DNA of 56,194 bases, the filler included, from Catajapyx aquilonaris (taxonomy: Eukaryota), in NCBI GenBank assembly GCA_000934665.2. It is 4 parts of 4 records of this genome, joined end to end, with 100 filler letters (N's around TTAATTAATTAA, not from the genome) between each part and the next. Parts side by side here need not be neighbours in the genome. Positions count along the whole stretch, not along the records: positions 14,070 to 28,031 come from KZ539751.1; positions 28,132 to 42,092 come from JYFJ02007931.1; 2 more parts are not named here. One strand, written 5' to 3'. The translations under genes and the position numbers were made by a program. This document shows, piece after piece, positions 23,801 through 34,538 of this stretch. Position 1 is the stretch's first letter, and every line of letters begins with the position of its first letter. Below the pieces are notes generated by a model. That model did no database searches. It saw only the letters and a list, made by a program, of their open reading frames with translations, and had not been told where the DNA came from.

Positions 23801-25348
23801 ATTGGAGAAACGAGGTCTGTGCCTACGTTTTCACATTACTGGGTACTTCAAATACAGGGTCATCGAAAAAGAATGCTTGCATTTTAAAACCCTAAACTTG
23901 AAAACTTGTAGACATATCTTAATGATGTAAGTTTTGAAATGCTAAGAATTGTCTAATGTTTTGGCCTCACTTCAGTTTGTTATGATAGGAGTTTTATTTG
24001 TTGCTTGGCAGATAAAAAAGGCTGTATTCGGTCTCGCGCCAAACCAGTTCAATGATATCTGGAGTTACCATTGCAATCCTAACCCATGCATATGGTCTAT
24101 CACCACACACACTGTCCTTGATGATGCACATAAAAAGTGGCCTCATACATGAAACAAACCTGCCGTAGTAAGTTTCATTTGTTCAGCCTCCCCAGTGTGA
24201 TATGTTTTGAATGAGAAGTTTTCCCCAAGGGGGTAGTCACTCCTCAAAAAATGTACACTAGCTCTCTTGAACTGCAGCTCTCCGGATCTCTGTGGCTCTT
24301 CGTGGCTCTCAGAAATATGGTAATATAGCTCTAGGAAACAAGTCCTTTAAAAAATCATGCAATTTAATGGATTTCTTAACCCTAACTACTTAGGTGGAGC
24401 CTGAGTGGCTCCAACCATTATTTAAACGTGATTTTAGCTTGTTAATCAAGTCATAAACAAGGCCTGTTTTTCTGTCTGAATATGCTGACTCAGCATGTGA
24501 TTTTTACGTTTTTGGAAGCCTAATTATCTGAACTGCACTTTCTGTGAAAAGTCCAATATAACAATTTAGCTGATAAGCCGAGATTCCCTTTGGAGTCACT
24601 CAGGCTCCACCTACGTAGTTATAAGGGTGTTTCGGCCACCTACGTAGTTATAAGGGTGTTTCGGCCACCTAAGTAGTGAAGGGTTAACTGCATGTGAAAA
24701 GCCTGAGTCTCGTTACAGGCTCTTGTAGTATCCAATGTGTATTTTGAAAAGTACATTTGATGTCTAATAAAAATCTTGCACAATCACTCCACCCTTTTTT
24801 TTTCTCTTAATTGTCTAATATCGACACACTGATAGGAATGACAGATGTTGGGAGATGTGGTGCGACACACTGGAACCAATGATTCATATTGGTTATCATT
24901 GTGCACAGATCTTGTCACGTGCCTTCCTATCCACTGCATTAGGTAGTTACATAATGCAGGCCAATGGATTCGGAAATATGGCATGGTCTCCATAGAAACA
25001 GGCCGTAATTGATGGTCCCAAACACGTCATAAACATAACTCCCCTTTTGGTGCAAACACAATTATTGATAGTAGGTGCAGTGGCATTAGGAATCAATGCC
25101 ACACTTTCTCACTAGGCAGATTAGGCCACCTTGATTCTTTTTTACATTACTGAAATGATTATGATTGGTTTATTATTTCAAAACTATACTCCGCACAATG
25201 ACGTAATTATTCTGCATCATTACTAGCCAGTAACCAAGCCCACACACAGTGGTTTAAAATATCCCAGCGGTATTAATCCAAAGGCACCCAATATGCCATA
25301 TCTCCTAAATCCCACATACCAGTATTCAATATCAACTTTGACTCCCAT
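16309..25348 (-). CDS. SELENOW2: Selenoprotein W2 / MIEN1-like (Rdx family), isoform b, join(25348-25320, 23454-23357, 16478-16309), 98 aa
   Basis: Spliced translation MGVKVDIEYCGAUGYGNRYQELARAIKAEVPDAEVVGRVGRRTSFEVTVNGQLIHSKLSTMAFPSVQEVVEIVMHVAGGKEVRQVTQYEDSGRTCAII*. It has the CxxU motif, the Rdx signature FEVxVNGxLxxSK and a C-terminal CaaX as in MIEN1. All introns are GT-AG with compatible phases, and a SECIS lies downstream. Confidence 0.92.
16582..16685 (-). CDS. SELENOW2: Terminal coding exon, duplicated copy a (ends CKSQ*), giving a 76-aa isoform
   Basis: Acceptor attctctttcag|GT in the same phase; encodes SSFEVTVNGELVHSKLATEQFPNVQKIVQLCKSQ*. Paralogous to copy b, with many synonymous differences. 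Confidence 0.8.
16817..16987. repeat. Imperfect inverted repeat (MITE remnant)
   Basis: AGGTGGTGCGTGGATTGTACACAACT...AATTCGCCATAACTTGGCTACAAC pairs with GTTGTTGCCAGGTTATTGCGAATT...AGTTGTGTACAATCCGCGCGCCACCT. Confidence 0.7.
17275..17651 (-). mobile_element. SINE family C with (TTA)n tail
   Basis: (AAT)n at 17275-17344 is the tail; B-box-like GAGTTCAATCC; 17-bp TSD CTCTCCAAA(G/A)TAATCTA at 17258-17274 and 17652-17668. Homologous to 18120-18398 and 36809-37695. Confidence 0.8.
18120..18398 (-). mobile_element. SINE family C copy
   Basis: Homologous to 17433-17650, including GGCAGGATGACAGGAGGGGATGTGCAA; B box GGTTCGATCC on the minus strand. Confidence 0.75.
18995..19084. mobile_element. Short mariner-type MITE
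   Basis: TA-flanked GAGGGGTGTACAAAAAAAGAC / GTCTTTTTTTTGAACACCCCTCG. Confidence 0.7.
19111..19459. mobile_element. Tigger/pogo-like MITE
   Basis: TA-flanked CAGGTAGTCCCTGGTCTAC / GTAAACCGGGGACTACCAG. Confidence 0.7.
19559..19860 (+). repeat. Interspersed repeat with a mariner-like end; inverted partner at 21877-22390
   Basis: Starts TA-CAGGGTGTTTCTTACT; reverse-complement similarity to 22390-21877 (e.g. GTCCACCCACCCAACAGCTT, TGGGCAAAGAGGTGAC). Confidence 0.7.
19881..20380 (+). mobile_element. tRNA-derived SINE family D, interrupted by a MITE
   Basis: GGTGGTCTAGTGG A box and GGTTCAAATCC B box. Colinear with 20458-20820 on both sides of the 20048-20317 insertion. Confidence 0.75.
20048..20317. 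mobile_element. MITE inserted in a SINE
   Basis: Perfect 30-nt inverted ends CTCATATCGTCGGCCGGCGATCAAAACCTC / GAGGTTTTGATCGCCGGCCGACGATATGAG. Confidence 0.85.
20458..20820 (+). mobile_element. SINE family D with (AAT)n tail
   Basis: A and B boxes present; (AAT)n tail at 20729-20820; TSD AAAT(C/A)AAGGTCTGTG at 20443-20457 and 20821-20835. Confidence 0.85.
21156..21568. mobile_element. mariner-type palindromic MITE
   Basis: TA-flanked CGAGGGCTATTC / GAATAGCCCTTG; inverted similarity along most of the length (e.g. GCATGGGCAGATACGTT / AACGTATCTGCCCATGC). Confidence 0.8.
21877..22390 (-). repeat. Longer inverted copy of the 19559-19860 repeat
   Basis: Ends AGTAAGAAACATCCTG-TA; carries about 240 extra internal nt. 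Confidence 0.7.
23357..23454 (-). CDS. SELENOW2: Selenocysteine-containing coding exon (UGA at 23447-23445)
   Basis: tctttcttacag|T GGT GCA TGA GGT TAT...CGA A|gtaagt; 98 nt; encodes (C)GAUGYGNRYQELARAIKAEVPDAEVVGRVGRR. Confidence 0.92.
24380..24683. mobile_element. piggyBac-type MITE, deleted copy
   Basis: TTAA TSDs at 24376-24379 and 24684-24687; internal sequence matches 15337-15806. Confidence 0.8.
25320..25348 (-). CDS. SELENOW2: First coding exon portion (MGVKVDIEYC)
   Basis: gtgATGG Kozak context; ATG GGA GTC AAA GTT GAT ATT GAA TAC TG|gtatgt. A likely acceptor ttttcaagcag lies near 25414. Confidence 0.88.
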
Positions 25349-25820
25349 CACTGCTTCTGCTTTGTGCGAGTTCCGGCCGAGGTAGCCTTCTCAGTCCAAA
25401 GTACAGCCTCCTTCTGCTTGAAAATCCAAGGTTGTAATGCTTTTTATTGCATGCGTTCATGACTTGCGTTGAGACGGAGTGGGTTGCGTGCGCCATCTCA
25501 AGTCACTTTTGGTGCTTGTGGTTTACACCACCGTGTGGCGCTGGCTCCAGGGGCTAGTGGCCAAGTCAGAGCTTGGAAATAAGATCATTCATGATCAGTC
25601 TAAATCTGGGTCTAAAATTACTCAGGTGGCAGCACCATCGTGTTACCATGTCCCGGTCGCTATCGCTGTTGAAAACCAGTGAGCACATTGTAAACCACGC
25701 TGTAGAATCAGCTGAGCCACTACCACTCAAAGATCATCGTGTGGGGAGATGCTCTTGTCGTTACTCAAATAGAAAACTCAGCAAAGAGTCGTTCCTCTCC
25801 AACAGTTCAAGAGGAATATA

Positions 25821-26037
25821 CAGGGTGTCTCAACTTTTTTGTCCGAACAATTATCGGAAATATTGCACTAAGCTGCTTATTTATTTTAGCAGTGACTATT
25901 GCAACCAGTGATGCTTCTCTGGCTTTATCAGTTGAGGGATGTGCCAGGAATGTTGGGGCATATTCTGGCTACATAGCTAGAAGATACATAGGCTTATTTT
26001 CCGATAACTGTTCGGATAAAAAAGCTGAGGCACCCTG
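25821..26037. mobile_element. Tc1/mariner-type MITE
   Basis: TA-flanked CAGGGTGTCTCAACTTTTTTGTCCGAACA / TGTTCGGATAAAAAAGCTGAGGCACCCTG. Confidence 0.8.
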
Positions 26038-26435
26038 TATTTCAGCTGTCTCAAAACGGTACAGATCTTATGAGAAAGTGTTCAAAATGCGAAGGAATCG
26101 GTTTTCTGGCAAAAAGTGCATGACAATAAAAGGCTCACAAAATCTGGTGACATGATTTTTTTAAAATTCTGCAATCGTCGCGACGTGTGTTTGTGGGTAG
26201 TATCAAGAGCTCTTGGTGCTATTAAACTAACAATTTGTGCCATCATGTGGCTATATTAATTTTGTGCAAAAATTCCTCCAGTTCCATTTTTATGTTCATG
26301 CATAACATTAAACCAACTCTTGATTAAACTCATATCTAAATGTGATTTTCGCTTGGTAGATCAAACACATTTTATTTATTAGCACAAGAGGTTCCGAATT
26401 TACACAAAATTAGTGTCAATTCCACATTTTCTTAC

Positions 26436-26560
26436 CTTGAACGCTTCAAACTCTGAAATTTAACCCGTAATATCCCGTGATCGATGTTGTCCCAGAATGT
26501 TTTAGTGCGTAATTTCGACGTTTATTTTGTGGAGGCTTGGTTACAGAGACAACTCGACCG
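26436..26560 (-). other. Candidate non-coding first exon of the selenoprotein gene
   Basis: ATG-free segment starting about 30 nt after a TATA box and ending in the strong donor CAAG|GTAAGA. Confidence 0.55.
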
Positions 26561-26582
26561 TGTGAAGGTAGAAAAACCCAGT

Positions 26583-26592
26583 CCTTTATATA
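26583..26592 (-). promoter_or_regulatory. Candidate TATA box (TATATAAAGG)
   Basis: Consensus TATAWAWR, oriented toward the gene and upstream of the candidate first exon. Confidence 0.55.
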
Positions 26593-26824
26593 GCACGCCG
26601 TCAATTCGGTCGAAATACCCTAGTAAGGTCGTAAGGTCATGTGGGTCGTCTTGTGAAACAGCCAATTACGAACCAACCTATATAATACATTATGAAACTG
26701 CTCTCGGACTCGCAATTAATCAAAACAGAGGGATGATATCTGGGGCATTCTACCATGAGTAGTGCGTCGCTCATTTGGTATTTTTCATAACGATCGAAAA
26801 TATTGCTAAATAGTAAAATTAGTC

Positions 26825-27117
26825 GACCGAAGTAGCAGTAGGTGAGGGGATATGGTATCCGGCTGCTAATCGGGAGGTCCGGGGATCAAATCCCGGGACC
26901 GGCAACTCTGACCGTGGTTTTCTGTGGTTTCCCACGGTCCCTCCAGGGAAATTCCGGAGTTGCTTCCGTAATTAACAGGCCACAGCCGCTTCCTTCCATC
27001 CCTATCCCTTCCCAAAAAGCGAAGAAAAAGTAAAAAGCAAAGAGTTCCTGACAAAAAAATTTGGATGAACTCCCCCCCTAAGAGAGCCAATGGCTCTATC
27101 ACGGGGTAAATTATTAT
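26825..27117 (+). mobile_element. SINE family A copy
   Basis: Homologous to 790-1023; exact 14-bp TSD TAGTAAAATTAGTC at 26811-26824 and 27118-27131. Confidence 0.85.
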
Positions 27118-28031
27118 TAGTAAAATTAGTCCATACAGCGGTACACTTATTGTACTGTACTGTACATAGCATATAGGACATTTGTATAGTTGTTAAACTT
27201 TTAGTAACTATCGTTATTACTTATTAGTTCTTCATTTGTTCATAAAAAGAAAAATACGGCATATAAAATTTAACAAACTAATCCAGGCACATCTGTGTAA
27301 AGATCACTTGTTTTTAGATTAGGTTTATTTGGGGAGCCGAGGCCAACATTAATGCAATGAGGCTTACATTGTTCTTTAAAAAAACAAAAAAAAAAGTTAG
27401 AAAGTGCACAAATCGTTCAGGCTTCCTCCCGGGACTGCTGTAACCCAATTTCCCCCTTGGCATGGGGTGGACATGCTGGTGATGGACGGCGTCCGACAGC
27501 GGCCAAGGAGGTCGTAGAAGAGTCCTCAATTAAAAGACCNNNNNNNNNNNNNNNNNGACATTTTGTGAGATATTTGGCACCTCTCTGAATTCGTAGACGG
27601 GGGCGAAAGAAGGTCGGGGCGACTGAAAGAGCATGATGGGGTACTTGGCAAAAGCCTCTTAACACTCATAACTAGGCCTACTGATTGCAAGCCTACGCGG
27701 CCAAAAAAATCTATGATTGTGAAATTGGATATAGTAGGCCATCAAGGGCATGCATAAAAATTATGTCAAAAATTATGTTGCCTTTAGCTGTAAATAATAT
27801 TTTACATTATAGTCACCACGTGACATCTTATAACATGACTTATTCGCATAACTTTGTAGCTATAAAATTATTATCAAACTTGGCTTATAGGCCCTGCTGC
27901 AATTACATTTTATGATAGCATGCAGTCTTTATGATTATACAGGGTGTCTATTGTAACTCTGCAAAGACTTTCAGGGATAATAGAGGGGACCAAGACAAGT
28001 ATTTTTGACATAGGAACCCGTGTCCGGAAAC

Positions 28032-28131
28032 NNNNNNNNNNNNNNNNNNNNNNNNNNNNNNNNNNNNNNNNNNNNTTAATTAATTAANNNNNNNNNNNNN
28101 NNNNNNNNNNNNNNNNNNNNNNNNNNNNNNN
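28032..28131. other. Artificial 100-nt scaffold spacer
   Basis: N44-TTAATTAATTAA-N44. Confidence 0.95.
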
Positions 28132-31100
28132 GTCGAGACCCCACTTGTCTGTGTGTGTTATCAGACAACTTGCACTTGCGGGAGCGAATATTCCGAGCGA
28201 CTGTTCAACTCCAAGGCTGGGGGGAGACTCGGCACAACACTGTATGGACATATATAAATAACAAAACTACGCGTATTACACCGAGCTGCACATTACACAT
28301 AGCAAAAGCCTCATTTATATGGACGAATGAATGCAGCACATATGCAGTCACCGCATTATATTTCCAACAGTTACGAATACCGCGTGTCATTGTGCGTATT
28401 CCAACACGCATAATTTTGTGAGTCCTCCTCTCACTGCAATATTAAAAATAAACTCTCATGACCCATCGACCTGAAAATAGTTAGTGTTTCCATCGGGTAC
28501 TGTAACGAGCTTTGTTCCTTGGTGCAATCCATTTAGCTCTAAAGATTCACAATTAGCCAGTAAACCCAAGATTATCTGTATTCACTAGTATGTAAGCAAG
28601 TGTAAGGTCTTAAAACTGGTTTTTAAAACGTTGTGGACGATATTATCCCTTTTAAAGCAATTTCTTGTGGTCTTTCTCTTCCCTCTCTGTCCACGGGTCC
28701 ATCCTTCCATCCCTTATATTCGTCGGCAGTGCAACTTAGGCCCCCGACCATAATTCCCTGTGGCACATGAGCTGCAAAAAGGAGCCGACAATTTGGGGGT
28801 GCAACGGAGCGAAACGGCGATCGTGTGCGCGGCAATTCCGCCCCAGGCTAAAGCGGCCAATAAGAAGGCCTCGATTCATTGGAGCCCTCAATATAGCCAT
28901 AATGGGGCTAACGACTGTTCCGACGCACTCAGGCGTTCGCCAAAACCCAATAAGCTGAATGATGGTGGGGGGAGAAGGGAGGCAGTGAGTGAGTGAGTGG
29001 AACCAGCGTGGATTGACAACAGGGATTAAGGGGGTATAGGACCTTTATTCCTGACACATTGCCAGATTTGGAGCCTGGTTCAAAATGGATTAATATATTG
29101 CCCGCCATCTACCCTCCCACCCAGCCCCAAGGACTGATGTGGTACAAAATGGTAGCTTTTTGTAGGGTCGCACACTGGCCTCTCTCTCCATGGTGCTGCA
29201 TAAGCCACACTGGAAAATATGCCCATTACAACCACAACATAAGCTTCCCTTTCCACCCGGCGATATTAATGTAAAATGTATACACTCATTAAAACGTGTG
29301 TTCGCCAAACCAATGGGAATTAATGTGGTTAACGGCCGATGCAGATAAACCGGATGTTAATCAAAGAGCGCGTAGAGTCGTTGCGTGCATTTGCCTCCCA
29401 CAAAATAGTTCCCAGTGTGTTGACATCAAAACGACATGTCTACTTTTTGAACTTTTTTTTAGAGAGAGTCGGGGGGGGGGGGGNNNNGGGGGGGGGTAGA
29501 CTTGGAGTGGGAGGGGCGAGCGTTGTTTACAGCACGCGTACGGTGGTATCGATTAGACGTGTGCATGTCAGCAGCTGCAACCAAGTGATAGACAGCCCGC
29601 TTGATTGATTAAAACTCGATCGAATTTTCCACATGGGGTGAAGACGTAACAGAGTAGTGTCTCGGTATCAAACAGCGCAGGTTTGACATGGAGCGGGTTT
29701 TTTCCCCTCAAAATTGAATATCAAATACGGTAATGATAGCAACATGTGTATGCTCTGTACAACACTCACTACAGCGCTGATTATTGCTTGTACCGACACA
29801 GATGTTCCTGGACAGCTGCATTCCCCGAACACGCTGAAATGACGTGCTCTACAATTCAGGGCTACTGATGCCGGACGCCAAAGTTGCAGACCATGAATTT
29901 ACAACTTGGGGAGTCGAAAAACATTGGAGATAAACCGATAGCGGAAAAATGTCAGTTGAACCTGCTCTTTACTCACTCTGATGTTTGGCGTTAACTTTGT
30001 ACTTTGCGTATACCCTTTACCTGTCATCGTCAATATAATTATGTAGTTGTGAGAAGGATTTCAGCTTAAGCCATTTTTGACCCTGACGTCAGTGACAGTC
30101 TCCCTGTGTGTGTTGTTGAGGATACGAAATCATCTTTAAGTGTATAAGTATAACGTGATAGGTCCTATAATATGGGTATGTTTAAGATGGCTCTATGACA
30201 ATATTATTCAGGTGTCACCTTTTTGTCTTGAACAGCTGAGTTCTCTTGTCCCCATGCCCATGCCTCCTCCCAAATAAATTAAAAGTGGCCCGTACTGTTA
30301 TTGAGAAAATCCCAGGAAAATCCTAATATTTTTATGAAAGGCAGTATAGGAAGCCGAGAAACGACTCGTGGGGAATGCAGCAGGTCTGCATTCCGGAGGA
30401 TTATACAGCTCATATATGAGGGGGGAGCAGTCATTCCTGAAGGCTAATTTGATTTCGAAACCGATAGTTATTTTGTAATTATTGCAGTCTTATATTTTGC
30501 TATTTTCATGTTATTACTGAAAAGGAATTCTTCGCTGGTCGTTTCCTATTTTTTCACACTTGGTATAGTAGCCCAGCCTCAGTAATGAATGATGTAAAAT
30601 TCATATTATTTTGTGCAAGGCTATAATTAAGGTTGATGACTGTGGGAGTGCTGAGATGTCACCGCCTCAATTGACTGCCGGTATCTTAAGTAGGCTATTT
30701 TTGTTTGTAGGCCCTTTTAATCTCTGGATTTATACACACTACTTATTCTTTTCTTTGTGACAAATAATAGCTCAATTTCATGGTTGGATATAGTGAGATA
30801 GGAGTGGAAGTGGGGATGGTTAATTTTCGACTCATGTTTATAGCAATAGAACGAAGTAGTGTCGGGAAGGTGTATAAATTATAGCGTCAACACGGGACAG
30901 CACTCACTCGGCCACTCGGCCCGAAGAAATAAATTCATTTATGTGCACAATGCATATGTGCAACGAAGGAAAAATTGGGCGTAAAATGTAAAAAAAAGTG
31001 GACGTCAAAATTTTGAAATCCCTCTCCTCGCTCCCACCAACTCCATCCCTTGTTTTCAACTTAATATTACAGCATTGGACCAAAATAACTATTACGGTTA

Positions 31101-31237
31101 TACATTACTGAGGGTGGGCTACAACTTAACTAACAAGCTTGACGACAATAGGAGTGACTACATTAAAACATAAAAATGCAATTTTGAAAATGACAATACT
31201 CTAGAGAGCTGAGATATGCTCTTCACCCTGCCATATA

Positions 31238-31629
31238 CAGGGTGGACCAACTTCAAGTGTCGTTTTATAACGGCTATTAATAGAAGCGCTTTACGATAGA
31301 CGTAGCAGCGACGTGTAAAATTGCCCACTTCGGCGCCATCGAAAATATTAGCTCTTTCGTTTGCAGGCTTCCCCCTTGCATTACAGGTCCATGGTCCATC
31401 TGGTGCCTTGGGCATCACCCATTTCACCCAGGCGCATCGAAGGTCATGTGTGCACCTCCTTTTTTCCAGGTCAACCCAGCAGCAGGGATGATTACATGTG
31501 TGCTGCTATTGGCAGCTAATATTTCAGATGGCGCCGAAGTGGGACATTTTACACGTCGCTGCTACGTCATCGCAAAATCACTGCTATTAATCGCCGTTAT
31601 AAAACGACACTTGAAGTTGGTCCACCCTG
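31238..31629. mobile_element. Tc1/mariner-type MITE
   Basis: TA-flanked TIRs of about 115 nt, starting CAGGGTGGACCAACTTCAAGTGTCGTTTTATAACGGC. Confidence 0.85.
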
Positions 31630-33710
31630 TATTTCCTTCTGTGAGATCTTAAAATATCACTGAATTTTAGCTCTGGAAAGATTAAAATTTTAATTATTTA
31701 GGAACTAATACAAGGACATAACAGCATGGCATAATGAGGCAAAACGGACAGATTCCGAAGTCCTTCTCTTCTAACACGTGGGGAATACTTCTATGTAATA
31801 TAACCAAGATTAAAAGGCAGATCCCTCCCACAATCTTAATCTGAATGCAACCTAATCAGGACAACCTACTGCAATAATTGAGGGCGATTAGTACCTCGGG
31901 GAGTCTTGTTGTTGTCATTCCAAAGCGTCTGATAATTGCAGAAGTTCCTTGTGTAAAATGTGACATATGACACTCCGTTTCTTTTAAAAAATGTATCACC
32001 CTCAGTCTTTATCATTTTGGATTTCCAGGGGTGGGTGGCATTCACAAAGTTCAATAATTGATGGGTGGAATCTGTCTTTCCATTTTGCTTCCTCTATAAG
32101 ATACGTTTGAGAATATCACAGTCCTATCATTATACCATTAAACACCGAATAGCAAAGTTATTGACGCCATTAGCCCCTAACCCCACACCGTTCAATATAG
32201 TTCGCCAGCACCAAATCACCTTCAAACTGGAGAAGGTCCCAGAACGCCATAGATTTCACAGCCAAACATATAAGATATTCAGGGTGACATGTCATAATGA
32301 GGCAAGCGCCAAAACCCAAATTGACAGGGGAAGTTTGTTTGACTTGGCAGTGTATATGGCTTAGGCAGCAGGTTAAACATGAATGTCATCGACGCCACGG
32401 TTTTGAAGCCTCACTGGCTCTTCACGCGTAAAGAACATGCACTTGACTTCTGATTCCATGAAAAACTCAATTTGGGCCAATGCGGAACTGGCTCCATTAT
32501 AGCGTGGCACTCGCCATACAGGATGCCAGAAAGGGCTAATGTGATTAGCGTCCACATACAGCCAGGACAATATGGATGCTGCATCAGAAAGTGCCGAAGG
32601 GAAGTAGTACCGACCTCTCCAGCAGCCACAATGCAGAGCACCTACTGCGCATCAGCACGATGATGGTTGATTGGCAAAAGTGTGCTTAAACTCCCTTTTT
32701 GCCACCACAAACCATCTCTGAGAAGCCATTACGGTGCGGCATTTTCCTCTTGCACGAAAATGTCCGTGGCTGAAATGAATGATTTGGTCCCGACTCCCAG
32801 AGCTTGGTAGGGAATAGGATATGGCATTTAAATCTATTGAGTTTCCGGCTTGCGCCCCAAACCTCACCCCAGTAGCAGCCGCCTTTTGAGAGGTGGGTAT
32901 ATAGGTAGGCAGAAGGGAGCGAAGGAAATGCAGTGAGTCGCTGGGCCGCAATCGGCCGAGAAGACTTGGCAGCCACCTTGGGCTGTTGACACACAAGATG
33001 AAGCGTCAGCCAACCCCCCCGGATCAATAGAAATTCGGATTCATGCGGGGGGAAGACGAACGGCACACGAGATAAGTGAACGGGAAATCCTTTCCGCCAG
33101 CCACCCACTTTTCCTTCTTCTTCGTGGGGGGAAAAAGGTTTCAATTTGTCGCCGTTGGACCGAATTGACCGTGCTCCGCCTGCCAAAGTAGCGCCCCCAA
33201 AAAACGAGGACCCCTGCTACTCCACAAATAAAAGAACAGCCCCGACTATCTACCACGCTCAAATGATATTACGGGACAAACACTTTATACTAGGTGACAC
33301 GATTTCTTTTCTGCGATTGATAATCTGAGGGCTAACCCCAAGGGCTGCTGGGCTTTGCAGAGGAAGCTGTGGCTCATTCGTCTCTTTTGGCTGTATTGTA
33401 CGTTTAACAATATTAACAATGTAACTAACAATTATTGAGGGTTTGTGACGTCAGTATACCTTTCAAAAACTGAACACATTTTTTGGCTTTAGAATAGTTA
33501 ACCGGTTACAGATCTACAAAGTTACGAAGTTCTTTTCTGTCCTCAGTAGTAGGCTACCTTGTATAATCAATTAATCATAAATGAAACAAATTGGGTAAAT
33601 AAAATAGAGTATAGAGAGAAAATAGAGAGAAAATAAAATAAAATAGTTCTGTTGTATGCTGCACCTTCGGCTATACTACATTATCCATTATGTATCAGTC
33701 GGTTAAAGGA

Positions 33711-33843
33711 GTATGTTACCAGACCAGACCTAGAAATTATAGCCTCCAACAGAGGTGCTGCTTCCCCATGATGCAATAACTCGCACTCCCATAGGCAGAA
33801 CCTTTGTTGGAGACTAATTTCTAGGTCTGGTCTGGTAACATAC
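33711..33843. mobile_element. Small MITE
   Basis: Perfect ends GTATGTTACCAGACCAGACCTAGAAATTA / TAATTTCTAGGTCTGGTCTGGTAACATAC. Confidence 0.8.
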
Positions 33844-34538
33844 TGTACAGTACAGTAGGAATAAGATCTGAGAAACTCTTACATCATTTTTGTAACCCAA
33901 AAGTATATTAAAATCATGTTCGTTATGTTCTTTCGTGAGTAATAATAGCAATTTTCCTCAAAATCTACCTCTTCCTGAGGTGATGGATATTAAATGAAAT
34001 TAAATATTGCTGGAGGTGTCTCAAGCGTGCAATAAACCTGCATTACTGCCTGGAATAATACTATTACGAAAAATTAAGTGGATGTGGAATTAGCAGTTTC
34101 CAGAAAGAAACAGAGATTTTAACTCCGCCCTACGTCCTCATTCCCGCAGGGAGAAGGAAGTTCCAAGCTGTGTACAAAGCTGGCCTACAGTACACGGAAT
34201 TAATGGAAATTATCACGTTAATGTTAAGAGCCAGTATATAAAATGAGGGAAGTACAGTAAGTGCAGAGAAGAAGTGCATTATTACGGTTAATATTTTAAC
34301 GTAATATTTATGTCTAGATGACCCCAAGATGTTCACTTCCAATAAGCATTAAAACCAATTTACCAACAAAAATACAAGTAGCCTACATGACCATCTTATT
34401 ATAATTATACTCCAGAACTCATATGAGTTTTAACTGTATGTTGGCAGCATAATATTTGGTATATTCATTCACTCTAATTAAAATAAAAGTACTGGCATAT
34501 TATAAATGATGGGACAAAGCATAGTGAAAAATTAATAT

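Noticed and set aside
32411..32641. LCIVAAGEVGTTSLRHFLMQHP resembles a sulfotransferase PAPS-binding motif (KxGTTSL..YL.QHP)
   Set aside because: The key Lys is Glu, there is no good acceptor, and similarity does not continue downstream; probably chance. An HMM search would settle it.
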